64,000 nucleotides of DNA from Bugula neritina (taxonomy: Eukaryota > Animalia > Bryozoa), in assembly GCA_964035545.1 (NCBI GenBank), contig OZ037771.1:10916480-10980479 (forward strand). The letters are read 5' to 3'. Shown one piece after another: positions 14,553 to 28,057 of the stretch. A program made the position numbers and the translations under genes. The notes beneath the pieces are model-generated. The model was not told the DNA's origin. It ran no database searches and saw only the letters and a list, made by a program, of their open reading frames with translations. Every line of letters begins with the position of its first letter. Within the stretch, counting starts at the first letter, position 1.

Positions 14553-15074
14553 GTTAAAAATATCTATTAGAAAACCTTAGATTATGATATCTCGGTGACA
14601 ACAGCTGTTGCCTGAGAACAGAAAATTTAAATTAATAAATTTTTTAAAGGAGCACCGGAAACATAAACCGAATTCCTAAAATGTTGCAAAACTTATTTGG
14701 AAGAGTTTTCACACCTAACTGAAAGTACAGTTTCAAAACTAAGTGCAAGTTGAAGGTCATACTATACAGCAATTGGGTTTTTTGAGCGCCTGTACTTGTA
14801 GCCCAAGGTTTGCATAAAACTAAAAGCAAAAGAAAGGACAAATAACTGGCAATTACGTTATAAATATATAGATGAATCATTTCTTGTGACGATGTTTAGC
14901 TAAGAAACAAAATAAATATAAATATATGGAAATTAGTGATAATGGTTATTACCATTACTATTACTATTAGTATTACTATTACAGTATTAGTATTAGAAAA
15001 CATCAATTTCAAATCCAATGCAATTTCAATTTGTCCAATGACCAATATTAAGTCTTAGAGTTAGTCTAATAGTA

Positions 15075-15105
15075 ATACTAGTAGTAGTACTAGTGCTATT
15101 ACTAT

Positions 15106-15161
<56 letters not shown>

Positions 15162-15215
15162 GTACTACTACTACTAGTAGTAGTAGTAGTAGTAGTAGTA
15201 GTACTAGTAGTAGTA
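15075..15215. repeat. (TAC)n/(TAG)n microsatellite
   Basis: Visible, including a switch to the complementary triplet. Confidence 0.9.
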
Positions 15216-16410
15216 CTAATGCTATTACTATAACTATTACTATTAGTATTACTATTAGTATTGGTAATACTAATAGGCCTACTAATAGTAATACTAATAG
15301 TAATAGTCTAGTACTAATACTAATAGTAATAGTAATAGGAATACTAATAGTAATAGTTATAGTAATACTTATACTAAGTCTAATGGTAATAGTAATAGTA
15401 ATAGACTAATACTAATACTTTTTCATTTTCATGTGGATAATCACAATGATTATCATAAAGTGTAACTTGGAAGCACCATGATTATTAAACACACACAGCT
15501 GCACAGTTGCACCTACCCCAACTTTTTGTGATTTTAGAATGCTCTGCTTTCAGTATTGTAGTTATTATTATAGTACTTACAATATACAGTATGATAATCT
15601 AGATATTTTCATTTTGTTATACTCATACTGATTCTGATAGTGACAGTTTTAGTTTACCTTGCTAATTTGCAAACATGTTGATAGTGTAAATAATATTTTT
15701 ATATAAAAGAGAATACTGTTCTTCAACACATAAATGTTCAAAATTTGGAAGAATTCTTACTACCATACAATTGGTGTCAACCAGGTTGCTGTTAGAAAGA
15801 AATATCAAGCACTGTAAGTGTAAGCTAATTTGTGTAGTTTTGGTTTGGGACTAAGCTCAAGTCAGTAGTTACTGATTATTAATTATTCCAGTTAACTATG
15901 TAGTACACTACTATGCCTGGAATTGAATTAACTTATTCAGTTTCAGCGCCTGTGATCTAAGCCAAACTTGGTTTTATTAATTCCAGTAAATATGATATTT
16001 GATTGTAATTGTACAGTACATGTACTGTATGTTTTATACTTAGTTTTGTTAGTGTTGCAGCTACTACCTGCCTTGGTTTGCATTACAAAAATAATGCAAT
16101 TGATTATGTCTATGCCCATTAGGTGATCATTGGATCAGTTTGTGTTAACTGTTATCTTTTGCAATCATTATACTAATAATATACCAATAGCATTAGAAAA
16201 TATTCAATATTTAAATCATTAAAATGAATATATTTACCTCTAGCATTACAGCTTATACTGATACCATTTCTCAATTGTAATAATTTTTCTTAAGCCAAGT
16301 CTCTAATTGAACTTGAAGTCATTGAAAATATTTCCATGATTGTGATCGTGTAATTAGTTTTTTGTAGTCTGGGTTATATTAATTTTTCTTGTTATAACTT
16401 TCCTGTTATA

Positions 16411-18615
16411 ATACCGCCACACCATTTATATAGTCTTATATACTGCCACACCATTTATATAGTCTTATATACTGCCACACTATTTATATAGTCTTATATA
16501 CTGCCACACTATTTATATAGTCTTATATACTGCCACACTATTTATATAGTCTTATATACTGCCACACCATTTATATATTCTTATATACTGCCACACTATT
16601 TATATAGTCTTATATACTGCCACACTATTTATATAGTCTTATATACTGCCACACTATTTATATAGTCTTATATACTGCCACACCATTTATCTAGTCTTAT
16701 ATACTGCCACACCATTTATATAGTCTTATATACTGCTGCACCATTTATATATTCTTATATACTGCCACACCATTTATATAGTCTTATATACTGCCACACT
16801 ATTTATATAGTCTTATATACTGCCACACTATTTATATAGTCTTATATACTGCCACACCATTTATATAGTCTTATATACTGCCACACCATTTATATATTCT
16901 TATATACTGCCACACCATTTATATAGTCTTATATACTGCCACACCATTTATATAGTCTTATATACTGCCACACCATTTATATAGTCTTATATACTGCCAC
17001 ACCATTTATATAGTCTTATATACTGCCACACCATTTATATAGTCTTATATACTGCCACACCATTTATATAGTCTTATATACTGCCACACTATTTATATAG
17101 TCTTATATACTGCCACACCATTTATATAGTCTTATATACTGCCACACCATTTATATAGTCTTATATACTGCCACACCATTTATATATTCTTATATACTGC
17201 CACACCATTTATATAGTCTTATATACTGCCACACCATTTATATAGTCTTATATACTGCCACACCATTTATATAGTCTTATATACTGCCACACCATTTATA
17301 TAGTCTTATATACTGCCACACCATTTATATAGTCTTATATACTGCCACACCATTTATATAGTCTTATATACTGCCACACCATTTATATAGTCTTATATAC
17401 TGCCACACTATTTATATATTCTTATATACTGCCACACCATTTATATAGTCTTATATACTGCCACACTATTTATATAGTCTTATATACTGCCACACCATTT
17501 ATATAGTCTTATATACTGCCACACCATTTATATAGTCTTATATACTGCCACACTATTTATATAGTCTTATATACTGCCACACCATTTATATAGTCTTATA
17601 TACTGCCACACCATTTATATAGTCTTATATACTGCCACACCATTTATATAGTCTTATATACTGCCACACTATTTATATATTCTTATATACTGCCACACCA
17701 TTTATATAGTCTTATATACTGCCACACTATTTATATAGTCTTATATACTGCCACACCATTTATATAGTCTTATATACTGCCACACCATTTATATAGTCTT
17801 ATATACTGCCACACTATTTATATAGTCTTATATACTGCCACACCATTTATATATTCTTATATACTGCCACACCATTTATATATTCTTATATACTGCCACA
17901 CTATTTATATAGTCTTATATACTGCCACACTATTTATATAGTCTTATATACTGCCACACCATTTATATAGTCTTATATACTGCCACACTATTTATATAGT
18001 CTTATATACTGCCACACTATTTATATAGTCTTATATACTGCCACACCATTTATATAGTCTTATATACTGCCACACCATTTATATATTCTTATATACTGCC
18101 ACACCATTTATATAGTCTTATATACTGCCACACCATTTATATAGTCTTATATACTGCCACACCATTTATATAGTCTTATATACTGCCACACCATTTATAT
18201 AGTCTTATATACTGCCACACCATTTATATAGTCTTATATACTGCCACACTATTTATATAGTCTTATATACTGCCACACTATTTATATAGTCTTATATACT
18301 GCCACACCATTTATATAGTCTTATATACTGCCGCACCATTTATATAGTCTTATATACTGCTGCACCATTTATATATTCTTATATACTGCCACACCATTTA
18401 TATAGTCTTATATACTGCCACACCATTTATATAGTCTTATGTACTGCCACACCATTTATATATTCTTATATACTGCCACACCATTTATATAGTCTTATAT
18501 ACTGCCACACCATTTATATAGTTTTATATACTGCCACACTATTTATATAGTCTTATATACTGCCACACTATTTATATATTCTTATATACTGCCACACCAT
18601 TTATATAGTCTTATA
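16411..18615. repeat. 29-bp satellite (CTGCCACACCATTTATATAGTCTTATATA)n, left part, ~76 copies
   Basis: Period of 29 measured (TACTG at 16441 and 16470). Highly homogeneous monomers. Confidence 0.98.
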
Positions 18616-18818
18616 TGTAATGTTTTGAATGTGTGCTGCATGCAATGGTGTTGTTTATTATTACTGCATGAATCAGATAGTGTTTGGCAACTGTATGATG
18701 TCATATTCTGTATATATATAAGATGAAGATTTACAAATATAAGTTAGTTTTAGCCCTCAACCGAGTGTAGTCTCTACAGCATAAATATATAATAACTGCA
18801 AATTAACACAACATAAAA
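18616..18818 (+). repeat. 5' LTR (203 bp)
   Basis: TGTAATG...AACATAAAA, identical by eye to 22965-23167. Confidence 0.93.
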
Positions 18819-18819
18819 T

Positions 18820-18832
18820 TGGCGACGAGGAT
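18820..18832 (+). promoter_or_regulatory. Primer-binding site TGGCGACGAGGAT (complementary to the tRNA-Ser(GCT) 3' end)
   Basis: Starts 1 nt after the 5' LTR and matches the ...ATCCTCGTCGCCA 3' end of metazoan tRNA-Ser(GCT). Confidence 0.8.
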
Positions 18833-18862
18833 AATCTGATAGTGGCAGCTCGAGATTTCAAA

Positions 18863-21800
18863 ATGGCTACTGGATCTATACCGCAGTTTAGTGGGAAGAT
18901 AGAACATTATATGCAGAGGTTAGAGAGTTATTTTCTTATACACAAGACAGATGCTGACTTGAAGAAGCATGTACTGATTATGGGACTTTCAGAGAGTCAA
19001 TACGAAACTTTGACCGACTTGGTATCACCAGAGATGCCACAGGATGTTAGCTATGACAATCTAGTACAGCAGCTAAAGAGGCATTATGGTACAGTGACAA
19101 ATAAAATGGTTGAGAGGGCGAAGTTTAGAGAAGTCAAGAGATCACCGAATGAATCTGTGACAGACTTCGTGGCTAGACTGAGGGCACAAGCTAGATCATG
19201 TGAGTTTGGGAATGTGCTACATGATAATTTGCTTGAACAATTTAGAATAGGGGTGCAAAGTAAGACAATCAGAGAGAGGATAACTGCTATGGCAGCAGAA
19301 CAGCAATCCAAGCTTCAAGCAGTGATAGATGTTGCACTGCAAGTTGAAGTTGATGAAAAGATGGACAATGTCAAGTTAAACAGTGCACCAGAAAATGTTT
19401 CAGCCGTGAGAAATGGAAGGGTCAATAGTGGAGCAAGACCTAAGCATACAGAAAATAATAGCAAAAGTCAAGCTATTTGCTACAGGTGCTCTAGGACCGG
19501 ACATTTGGCGAGTAGTAACAGTTGTCCAGCGAAGGATAAAACGTGCAAGGACTGTGGCAGGAGAGGACATTTTGCCAAGTCGAAGTTCTGTAAAGGCACA
19601 ACAAAGCACCATACAGTGGCAAAAGTAGAGGAGATGAGCGAGGAAACGTTGTTCGCTGTGAAGGGAAAATCTGAAATACCAAAATGTGATGTGACCATTG
19701 TGGGTGAGAGTATTTTATTTCTAATTGACACAGGAGCTTGCAACAATATCATAGATTTGGCTGCCTATAACAGGATCAAGCACAAAGTTATGCTGCGGCC
19801 AATAAGCGAGGCTTTGTATGCTTATGGCAGTGACAAGCAATTAAACATGATTGGTTGTTTTGATACTGAAATGAAGTGTGCTGCATATATTGCTAAGGCT
19901 ACTGTGTATGTTTTTAATGGCTATGCTAAGTGCTTACTAAGTGGTAAAACAGCCACAGATTTACATCTCTTGTCTTTTGATAGTAATGTTTATAATGTAA
20001 GTGCTGAAGATCAGTGTGAAATTGTTAGACAATTTCCAGAAGTTTTTCAAGGTGTGGGAAAACTCAAAAGGGTGAAAGCAAAATTTCACGTTGATGAAAC
20101 AGTAACACCAGTTGCTCAGCCAGTGCGTAGGTTACCATTGGGGTTCAAAGATAAGGTGAAGCAAAAGCTAGATGATTTGTTAGCTAATGACATTATTGAG
20201 CCCGTTGCTGGAGTTGGTACGACATGGGTGAGTCCATTGGTGGTAGTTTTGAAAGATAATGGGGAAATTAGACAAACAGTTGACATGCGCCAGGCAAATA
20301 AGGCTATTTTGAGGGAAAGACACCCTATTCCAACTGTTAAAGAGATGCTAGCTAATTTAGAAGGGGCTCAAGTTTTTTCAAAGTTGGACTTGAGGCAAGG
20401 TTTTCACCAGGTGGAAATTGAGGAAAATTCAAGGCCTATTACAACTTTTATCACACCCTTTGGCTTGTTTAGATATAAAAGGCTAACGATGGGTACAAAT
20501 GCCAGCCCAGAGCAATTTCAGTATATCATACAGCAAGCATTAGCAGGTTTGGCAGGAGTCCAAAATATGGCTGATGATATTATTTTATTTGCATTAAACA
20601 AGCTAGAGCATGATGAGAGGTTGAAAGCATTACTTTTGAGACTCAAACAAGTAGGCTTGACACTGAATGCTAGCAAGTGTGAATTTAGAGTTAGCTCAGT
20701 GAAGTTCCTTGGCTTTATTATCTCAGGTAGCGGAATTTCAGCTGACCCAGAGAAAGTTAAATCAATAGTTGAATTTCAACCACCGAAAAATGCGACTGAT
20801 TGCAGGAGCTTCCTTGGCTTGGTAAATTTTGTGGGAAAATTTATTCCAGATTTAGCTAGTGTATCAGAGCCTATTAGGCAAGTCACTCGAAAGTCTGTTC
20901 AGTTCACTTGGGGTAAAGAACAGCAAGGTGCTTTTAACAAAATTAAAACTCTCATGGCCAATGCTAAGACGCTGGCTCATTTTGATTCAAAATTGAAAAC
21001 CAGTGTTGTGGTTGATGCTAGCCCATTTGCATTAGGAGCTGTTTTAGTGCAGGGAGATAGAGTGGTGGCATATGGACACCGCGGGTTGACAGATATTGAG
21101 CGTAGATATAGTCAAACAGAGAGGGAGGCTTTGGCAATAGTGTGGGCCTGTGAACATTTCATGATGTACTTGTTAGGCATTGAGTTCGAGCTAATAACAG
21201 ACCACAGACCCCTGGCATTTATATTTAATAATCCTAGCTCTAAGCCAGTTCCTAGGATAGAGAGGTGGTCATTACGCTTGCAGTCATTTAGGTTTACAGT
21301 GAAATATAAACCTGGTAAAGGAAACATAGCTGATCCACTCTCTAGGCTGTGTAATGTGATGAATCACAAAGTAAACAGTATTGCTACAGTAGCAGCAGAT
21401 GATTATGCTAGGCAGATTGTCAAAGAGGCAGTGCCAATAGCTATTAAATGGAAAGACTTGGTAGTTAAGTCTAGTTCATGCAAAGAAGTTCAAAATGTTC
21501 TAGAAGCATTAAAATCTAATGAAATGCAGAAATGTAGCAGATCGTACCAAGTTGTGGAGAATGAACTAAGTGAAATTGATGGCGTGTTACTCAGAGGTAG
21601 TAGGATAGTAATACCAGTTGCACTTAGAGAACATGTGCTGAAATTAGCACATGAAGGGCATCAGGGCATAGTGAAGACCAAACAAAGACTTAGGTCTAAA
21701 GTGTGGTGGCCTAAAATGGATGATGAGGTTGAGAAATTTTGCAGGAATTGTGCTGACTGTGTCAAAGTAAGTCAACCAAACCCACCAGAACCTTTGTCAA

Positions 21801-22705
21801 TGACTAAAATGCCAAGTAAGCCGTGGTCATTTTTGAGTGCTGACCTGCTTGGACCACTGCCAAATGGGCAGCATGTAATTGTTATGATTGATTATTATAG
21901 CAGATTTTTTGAGTGTGCATTTCTGAATAGCACTACAAGTGAAAAGGTAGTAGAATTCATGGATACAGTTTTCTCAAGATTTGGATTTTGTGAAGCAATC
22001 AGAACTGACAATGGGCCTCAATTTGTGTCAGGGGTTTTTCAAAATTATTTGGCAGAAAATAACATAAAATGGGTATCAACTACTCCGTTGTGGCCGCAGG
22101 CTAATGCTGAAGTAGAGCGGGTAAATAGAACACTTCTGAAATCATTGAAAATTGCTCACAGTAAAAGGGAGAATTTAGGTAGGGAGCTTAGAAAATTCTT
22201 GTTAGCCTACCGCTCAACACCTCACAGCAGTACAGGCATCGCTCCATATACTTTGTTATTTGGGAGGGTGATGAGAACTAAATTGCCTGATTTAGAGGGA
22301 GAGATAGATGACACAGTACATGAAAAGGCTAACATTAATGATGCTATGGCCAAGTTAAAATGCAAAGAATATGCAGATGCTAGACGTGGGGCTAGGGAAT
22401 CTGAAGTAGAAGTAGGGGATGAAGTTTTGTTGAGGGAGGAGGATAAAGGAAAATTAAGTTGCAACTTTGGCAATGATAGGCATGTAGTAACATCCAAACA
22501 GGGCTCCGATATTGTATGTGAAAACCCAAGCAATGGCAAGGTTACTAGGCGCAACTCGACTTTTGTCAAAGTTATCCCCAGAACACCTAGTTTAAATAAG
22601 AATGATTCACCTATGGGTGATGCCAACACCCAGCAAAGGCCTCAACGTGTTAGAAAACAACCTGATTGGTATGGGGATGTGGTAATTCATGCACTGGATG
22701 AGTAA
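18863..22705 (+). CDS. Gag-Pol polyprotein, ~1280 aa
   Basis: Uninterrupted ORF, first ATG at 18863. Two CCHC-type knuckles (CYRC..GH...C, CKDC..GH...C), protease LIDTGA, RT (LDLRQGFHQ, MADD), RNase H (VDASPFALGAVL, EREALA), integrase HHCC (HEGH...CADC) and DDE core (ADLLGP, RTDNGPQF, EVER). Confidence 0.97.
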   Translation: MATGSIPQFSGKIEHYMQRLESYFLIHKTDADLKKHVLIMGLSESQYETLTDLVSPEMPQDVSYDNLVQQLKRHYGTVTNKMVERAKFREVKRSPNESVTDFVARLRAQARSCEFGNVLHDNLLEQFRIGVQSKTIRERITAMAAEQQSKLQAVIDVALQVEVDEKMDNVKLNSAPENVSAVRNGRVNSGARPKHTENNSKSQAICYRCSRTGHLASSNSCPAKDKTCKDCGRRGHFAKSKFCKGTTKHHTVAKVEEMSEETLFAVKGKSEIPKCDVTIVGESILFLIDTGACNNIIDLAAYNRIKHKVMLRPISEALYAYGSDKQLNMIGCFDTEMKCAAYIAKATVYVFNGYAKCLLSGKTATDLHLLSFDSNVYNVSAEDQCEIVRQFPEVFQGVGKLKRVKAKFHVDETVTPVAQPVRRLPLGFKDKVKQKLDDLLANDIIEPVAGVGTTWVSPLVVVLKDNGEIRQTVDMRQANKAILRERHPIPTVKEMLANLEGAQVFSKLDLRQGFHQVEIEENSRPITTFITPFGLFRYKRLTMGTNASPEQFQYIIQQALAGLAGVQNMADDIILFALNKLEHDERLKALLLRLKQVGLTLNASKCEFRVSSVKFLGFIISGSGISADPEKVKSIVEFQPPKNATDCRSFLGLVNFVGKFIPDLASVSEPIRQVTRKSVQFTWGKEQQGAFNKIKTLMANAKTLAHFDSKLKTSVVVDASPFALGAVLVQGDRVVAYGHRGLTDIERRYSQTEREALAIVWACEHFMMYLLGIEFELITDHRPLAFIFNNPSSKPVPRIERWSLRLQSFRFTVKYKPGKGNIADPLSRLCNVMNHKVNSIATVAADDYARQIVKEAVPIAIKWKDLVVKSSSCKEVQNVLEALKSNEMQKCSRSYQVVENELSEIDGVLLRGSRIVIPVALREHVLKLAHEGHQGIVKTKQRLRSKVWWPKMDDEVEKFCRNCADCVKVSQPNPPEPLSMTKMPSKPWSFLSADLLGPLPNGQHVIVMIDYYSRFFECAFLNSTTSEKVVEFMDTVFSRFGFCEAIRTDNGPQFVSGVFQNYLAENNIKWVSTTPLWPQANAEVERVNRTLLKSLKIAHSKRENLGRELRKFLLAYRSTPHSSTGIAPYTLLFGRVMRTKLPDLEGEIDDTVHEKANINDAMAKLKCKEYADARRGARESEVEVGDEVLLREEDKGKLSCNFGNDRHVVTSKQGSDIVCENPSNGKVTRRNSTFVKVIPRTPSLNKNDSPMGDANTQQRPQRVRKQPDWYGDVVIHALDE

Positions 22706-22949
22706 TATAAGATAATAATGAAATCTTTCAAATCCCAATTTGAGATTGCCACACCTTTTAGCAATATTTACTTATGATAGTCTAAATGCTGTTTGTTTTG
22801 TTAAAGCTACTATATTTGATGAGTAGCTAATTGTTTATGAATTGCTGTTTATTAGAAATTACTATTGCATGTCATTTTATCTAAACTTAGTCTAGAGCAC
22901 TTGTGAAACTAATTACTTTTAGATGTTATGGGTAACTAATTATCTTTTT

Positions 22950-22963
22950 GAAGAAAAGAAGGG
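22950..22963 (+). promoter_or_regulatory. Polypurine tract GAAGAAAAGAAGGG
   Basis: Purine run immediately upstream of the 3' LTR. Confidence 0.85.
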
Positions 22964-22964
22964 T

Positions 22965-23167
22965 TGTAATGTTTTGAATGTGTGCTGCATGCAATGGTGT
23001 TGTTTATTATTACTGCATGAATCAGATAGTGTTTGGCAACTGTATGATGTCATATTCTGTATATATATAAGATGAAGATTTACAAATATAAGTTAGTTTT
23101 AGCCCTCAACCGAGTGTAGTCTCTACAGCATAAATATATAATAACTGCAAATTAACACAACATAAAA
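22965..23167 (+). repeat. 3' LTR (203 bp)
   Basis: Identical to the 5' LTR. Confidence 0.93.
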
Positions 23168-26100
23168 TTATATACTGCCACACCATTTATATAGTCTTAT
23201 ATACTGCCACACCATTTATATAGTCTTATATACTGCCACACCATTTATATAGTCTTATATACTGCCACACCATTTATATAGTCTTATATACTGCCACACT
23301 ATTTATATAGTCTTATATACTGCCACACCATTTATATAGTCTTATATACTGCCACACCATTTATATATTCTTATATACTGCCACACCATTTATATAGTCT
23401 TATATACTGCCACACCATTTATATAGTCTTATATACTGCCACACCATTTATATAGTCTTATATACTGCCACACCATTTATATAGTCTTATATACTGCCAC
23501 ACCATTTATATAGTCTTATATACTGCCACACCATTTATATAGTCTTATATACTGCCACACCATTTATATAGTCTTATATACTGCCACACCATTTATATAG
23601 TCTTATATACTGCCACACCATTTATATATTCTTATATACTGCCACACCATTTATATAGTCTTATATACTGCCACACCATTTATATAGTCTTATATACTGC
23701 CACACCATTTATATATTCTTATATACTGCCACACCATTTATATATTCTTATATACTGCCGCACCATTTATATATTCTTATATACTGCCACACCATTTATA
23801 TATTCTTATATACTGCCACACTATTTATATAGTCTTATATACTGCCACACCATTTATATATTCTTATATACTGCCACACCATTTATATATTCTTATATAC
23901 TGCCACACCATTTATATATTCTTATATACTGCCACACCATTTATATAGTCTTATATACTGCCACACCATTTATATAGTCTTATATACTGCCACACCATTT
24001 CTATAGTTTTATATACTGCCACACTATTTATATAGTCTTATATACTGCCACACCATTTATATATTCTTATATACTGCCACACCATTTATATAGTCTTATA
24101 TACTGCCACACCATTTATATGATCTTATATACTGCCGCACCATTTATATAGTCTTATATACTGCCACACTATTTATATATTCTTATATACTGCCACACCA
24201 TTTATATATTCTTATATACTGCCACACTATTTATATAGTCTTATATACTGCCACACTATTTATATAGTCTTATATACTGCCACACCATTTATATAGTCTT
24301 ATATACTGCCACACCATTTATATATTCTTATATACTGCCACACTATTTATATAGTCTTATATACTGCCACACTATTTATATAGTCTTATATACTGCTGCA
24401 CCATTTATATAGTCTTATATACTGCCACACTATTTATATAGTCTTATATACTGCTGCACCATTTATATAGTCTTATATACTGCCACACTATTTATATAGT
24501 CTTATATACTGCCACACTATTTATATAGTCTTATATACTGCTGCACCATTTATATAGTCTTATATACTGCCACACCATTTATATAGTCTTATATACTGCC
24601 ACACTATTTATATATTCTTATATACTGCCACACCATTTATATAGTCTTATATACTGCCACACCATTTATATAGTCTTATATACTGCCACACCATTTATAT
24701 ATTCTTATATACTGCCACACCATTTATATAGTCTTATATACTGCCACACCATTTATATAGTCTTATATACTGCCACACCATTTATATAGTCTTATATACT
24801 GCCACACCATTTATATAGTCTTATATACTGCCACACCATTTATATAGTCTTATATACTGCCACACCATTTATATATTCTTATATACTGCCACACCATTTA
24901 TATAGTCTTATATACTGCCACACCATTTATATAGTCTTATATACTGCCACACCATTTATATAGTCTTATATACTGCCACACCATTTATATATTCTTATAT
25001 ACTGCCACACCATTTATATATTCTTATATACTGCCACACCATTTATATAGTCTTATATACTGCCACACCATTTATATAGTCTTATATACTGCCACACCAT
25101 TTATATAGTCTTATATACTGCCACACCATTTATATAGTCTTATATACTGCCACACCATTTATATATTCTTATATACTGCCACACTATTTATATAGTCTTA
25201 TATACTGCCACACCATTTATATATTCTTATATACTGCCACACCATTTATATATTCTTATATACTGCCACACCATTTATATATTCTTATATACTGCCACAC
25301 CATTTATATAGTCTTATATACTGCCACACCATTTATATAGTCTTATATACTGCCACACTATTTATATAGTCTTATATACTGCCACACTATTTATATAGTC
25401 TTATATACTGCTGCACCATTTATATAGTCTTATATACTGCCACACCATTTATATAGTCTTATATACTGCCACACCATTTATATATTCTTATATACTGCCA
25501 CACCATTTATATATTCTTATATACTGCCACACCATTTATATATTCTTATATACTGCCACACCATTTATATAGTCTTATATACTGCTGCACCATTTATATA
25601 GTCTTATATACTGCCACACTATTTATATAGTCTTATATACTGCCACACTATTTATATAGTCTTATATACTGCTGCACCATTTATATAGTCTTATATACTG
25701 CCACACCATTTATATAGTCTTATATACTGCCACACCATTTATATATTCTTATATACTGCCACACCATTTATATATTCTTATATACTGCCACACCATTTAT
25801 ATAGTCTTATATACTGCCACACCATTTATATAGTCTTATATACTGCCACACCATTTATATATTCTTATATACTGCCACACTATTTATATAGTCTTATATA
25901 CTGCCACACCATTTATATATTCTTATATACTGCCACACCATTTATATAGTCTTATATACTGCCACACCATTTATATAGTCTTATATACTGCCACACCATT
26001 TATATAGTCTTATATACTGCCACACCATTTATATATTCTTATATACTGCCACACTATTTATATAGTCTTATATACTGCCACACCATTTATATAGTCTTAT

Positions 26101-27889
26101 ATACTGCCACACCATTTATATAGTCTTATATACTGCCACACCATTTATATAGTCTTATATACTGCCACACCATTTATATATTCTTATATACTGCCACACC
26201 ATTTATATAGTCTTATATACTGCCACACCATTTATATAGTCTTATATACTGCCACACCATTTATATAGTCTTATATACTGCCACACCATTTATATATTCT
26301 TATATACTGCCGCACCATTTATATAGTCTTATATACTGCCACACCATTTATATAGTCTTATATACTGCCACACCATTTATATAGTCTTATATACTGCCAC
26401 ACCATTTATATATTCTTATATACTGCCACACCATTTATATATTCTTATATACTGCCACACCATTTATATAGTCTTATATACTGCCACACCATTTATATAG
26501 TCTTATATACTGCCACACCATTTATATAGTCTTATATACTGCCACACCATTTATATAGTCTTATATACTGCCACACCATTTATATAGTCTTATATACTGC
26601 CACACTATTTATATAGTCTTATATACTGCCACACTATTTATATAGTCTTATATACTGCCACACTATTTATATAGTCTTATATACTGCCACACCATTTATA
26701 TGGTCTTATATACTGCCACACCATTTATATATTCTTATATACTGCCACACCATTTATATAGTCTTATATACTGCCACACCATTTATATAGTCTTATATAC
26801 TGCCACACTATTTATATAGTCTTATATACTGCCACACCATTTATATATTCTTATATACTGCCACACTATTTATATAGTCTTATATACTGCCACACTATTT
26901 ATATAGTCTTATATACTGCTGCACCATTTATATAGTCTTATATACTGCCACACCATTTATATATTCTTATATACTGCCACACCATTTATATAGTCTTATA
27001 TACTGCCACACCATTTATATAGTCTTATATACTGCCACACCATTTATATATTCTTATATACTGCCACACCATTTATATATTCTTATATACTGCCACACCA
27101 TTTATATATTCTTATATACTGCCACACCATTTATATATTCTTATATACTGCCACACTATTTATATAGTCTTATATACTGCCACACCATTTATATATTCTT
27201 ATATACTGCCACACCATTTATATAGTCTTATATACTGCCACACCATTTATATAGTCTTATATACTGCCACACCATTTATATATTCTTATATACTGCCACA
27301 CCATTTATATATTCTTATATACTGCCACACCATTTATATATTCTTATATACTGCCACACCATTTATATATTCTTATATACTGCCACACTATTTATATAGT
27401 CTTATATACTGCCACACCATTTATATATTCTTATATACTGCCACACCATTTATATATTCTTATATACTGCCACACCATTTATATATTCTTATATACTGCC
27501 ACACCATTTATATAGTCTTATATACTGCCACACCATTTATATAGTCTTATATACTGCCACACCATTTATATAGTTTTATATACTGCCACACTATTTATAT
27601 AGTCTTATATACTGCCACACCATTTATATATTCTTATATACTGCCACACCATTTATATAGTCTTATATACTGCCACACCATTTATATGATCTTATATACT
27701 GCCACACCATTTATATAGTCTTATATACTGCCACACTATTTATATATTCTTATATACTGCCACACCATTTATATATTCTTATATACTGCCACACTATTTA
27801 TATAGTCTTATATACTGCCACACTATTTATATAGTCTTATATACTGCCACACCATTTATATAGTCTTATATACTGCCACACTATTTATA
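23168..27889. repeat. 29-bp satellite, right part, ~163 copies
   Basis: Same monomer, resuming in register after the TSD. Confidence 0.98.
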
Positions 27890-28057
27890 GGCTCTTGATA
27901 TAAGCCCAAACTAAAACCAAATAGCCTAGGTACCATATATTTATCAAGTACACAAGAATATTAGCTTCTGTTGAGCATAGCTAATAAGTTATGACTGATT
28001 TTCAGTAATGAGCAGAGGTTATGCAAAGTACAGTCACAGCAGTTAAGGGTGCATAGT

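Larger units (their letters stand above)
18616..23167 (+). mobile_element. Intact Ty3/Gypsy LTR retrotransposon, probably Mag clade
   Basis: Identical 203-bp LTRs, 5-bp TSD TTATA (18611-18615, 23168-23172), PBS, PPT and a single gag-pol ORF in PR-RT-RH-IN order. Confidence 0.97.

Noticed and set aside
19084-22629. Antisense and overlapping ORFs within gag-pol
   Set aside because: Short shadow ORFs with no recognisable motifs
16411-27889. CRISPR-like array
   Set aside because: Head-to-tail monomers with no unique spacers, no cas genes and a eukaryotic context
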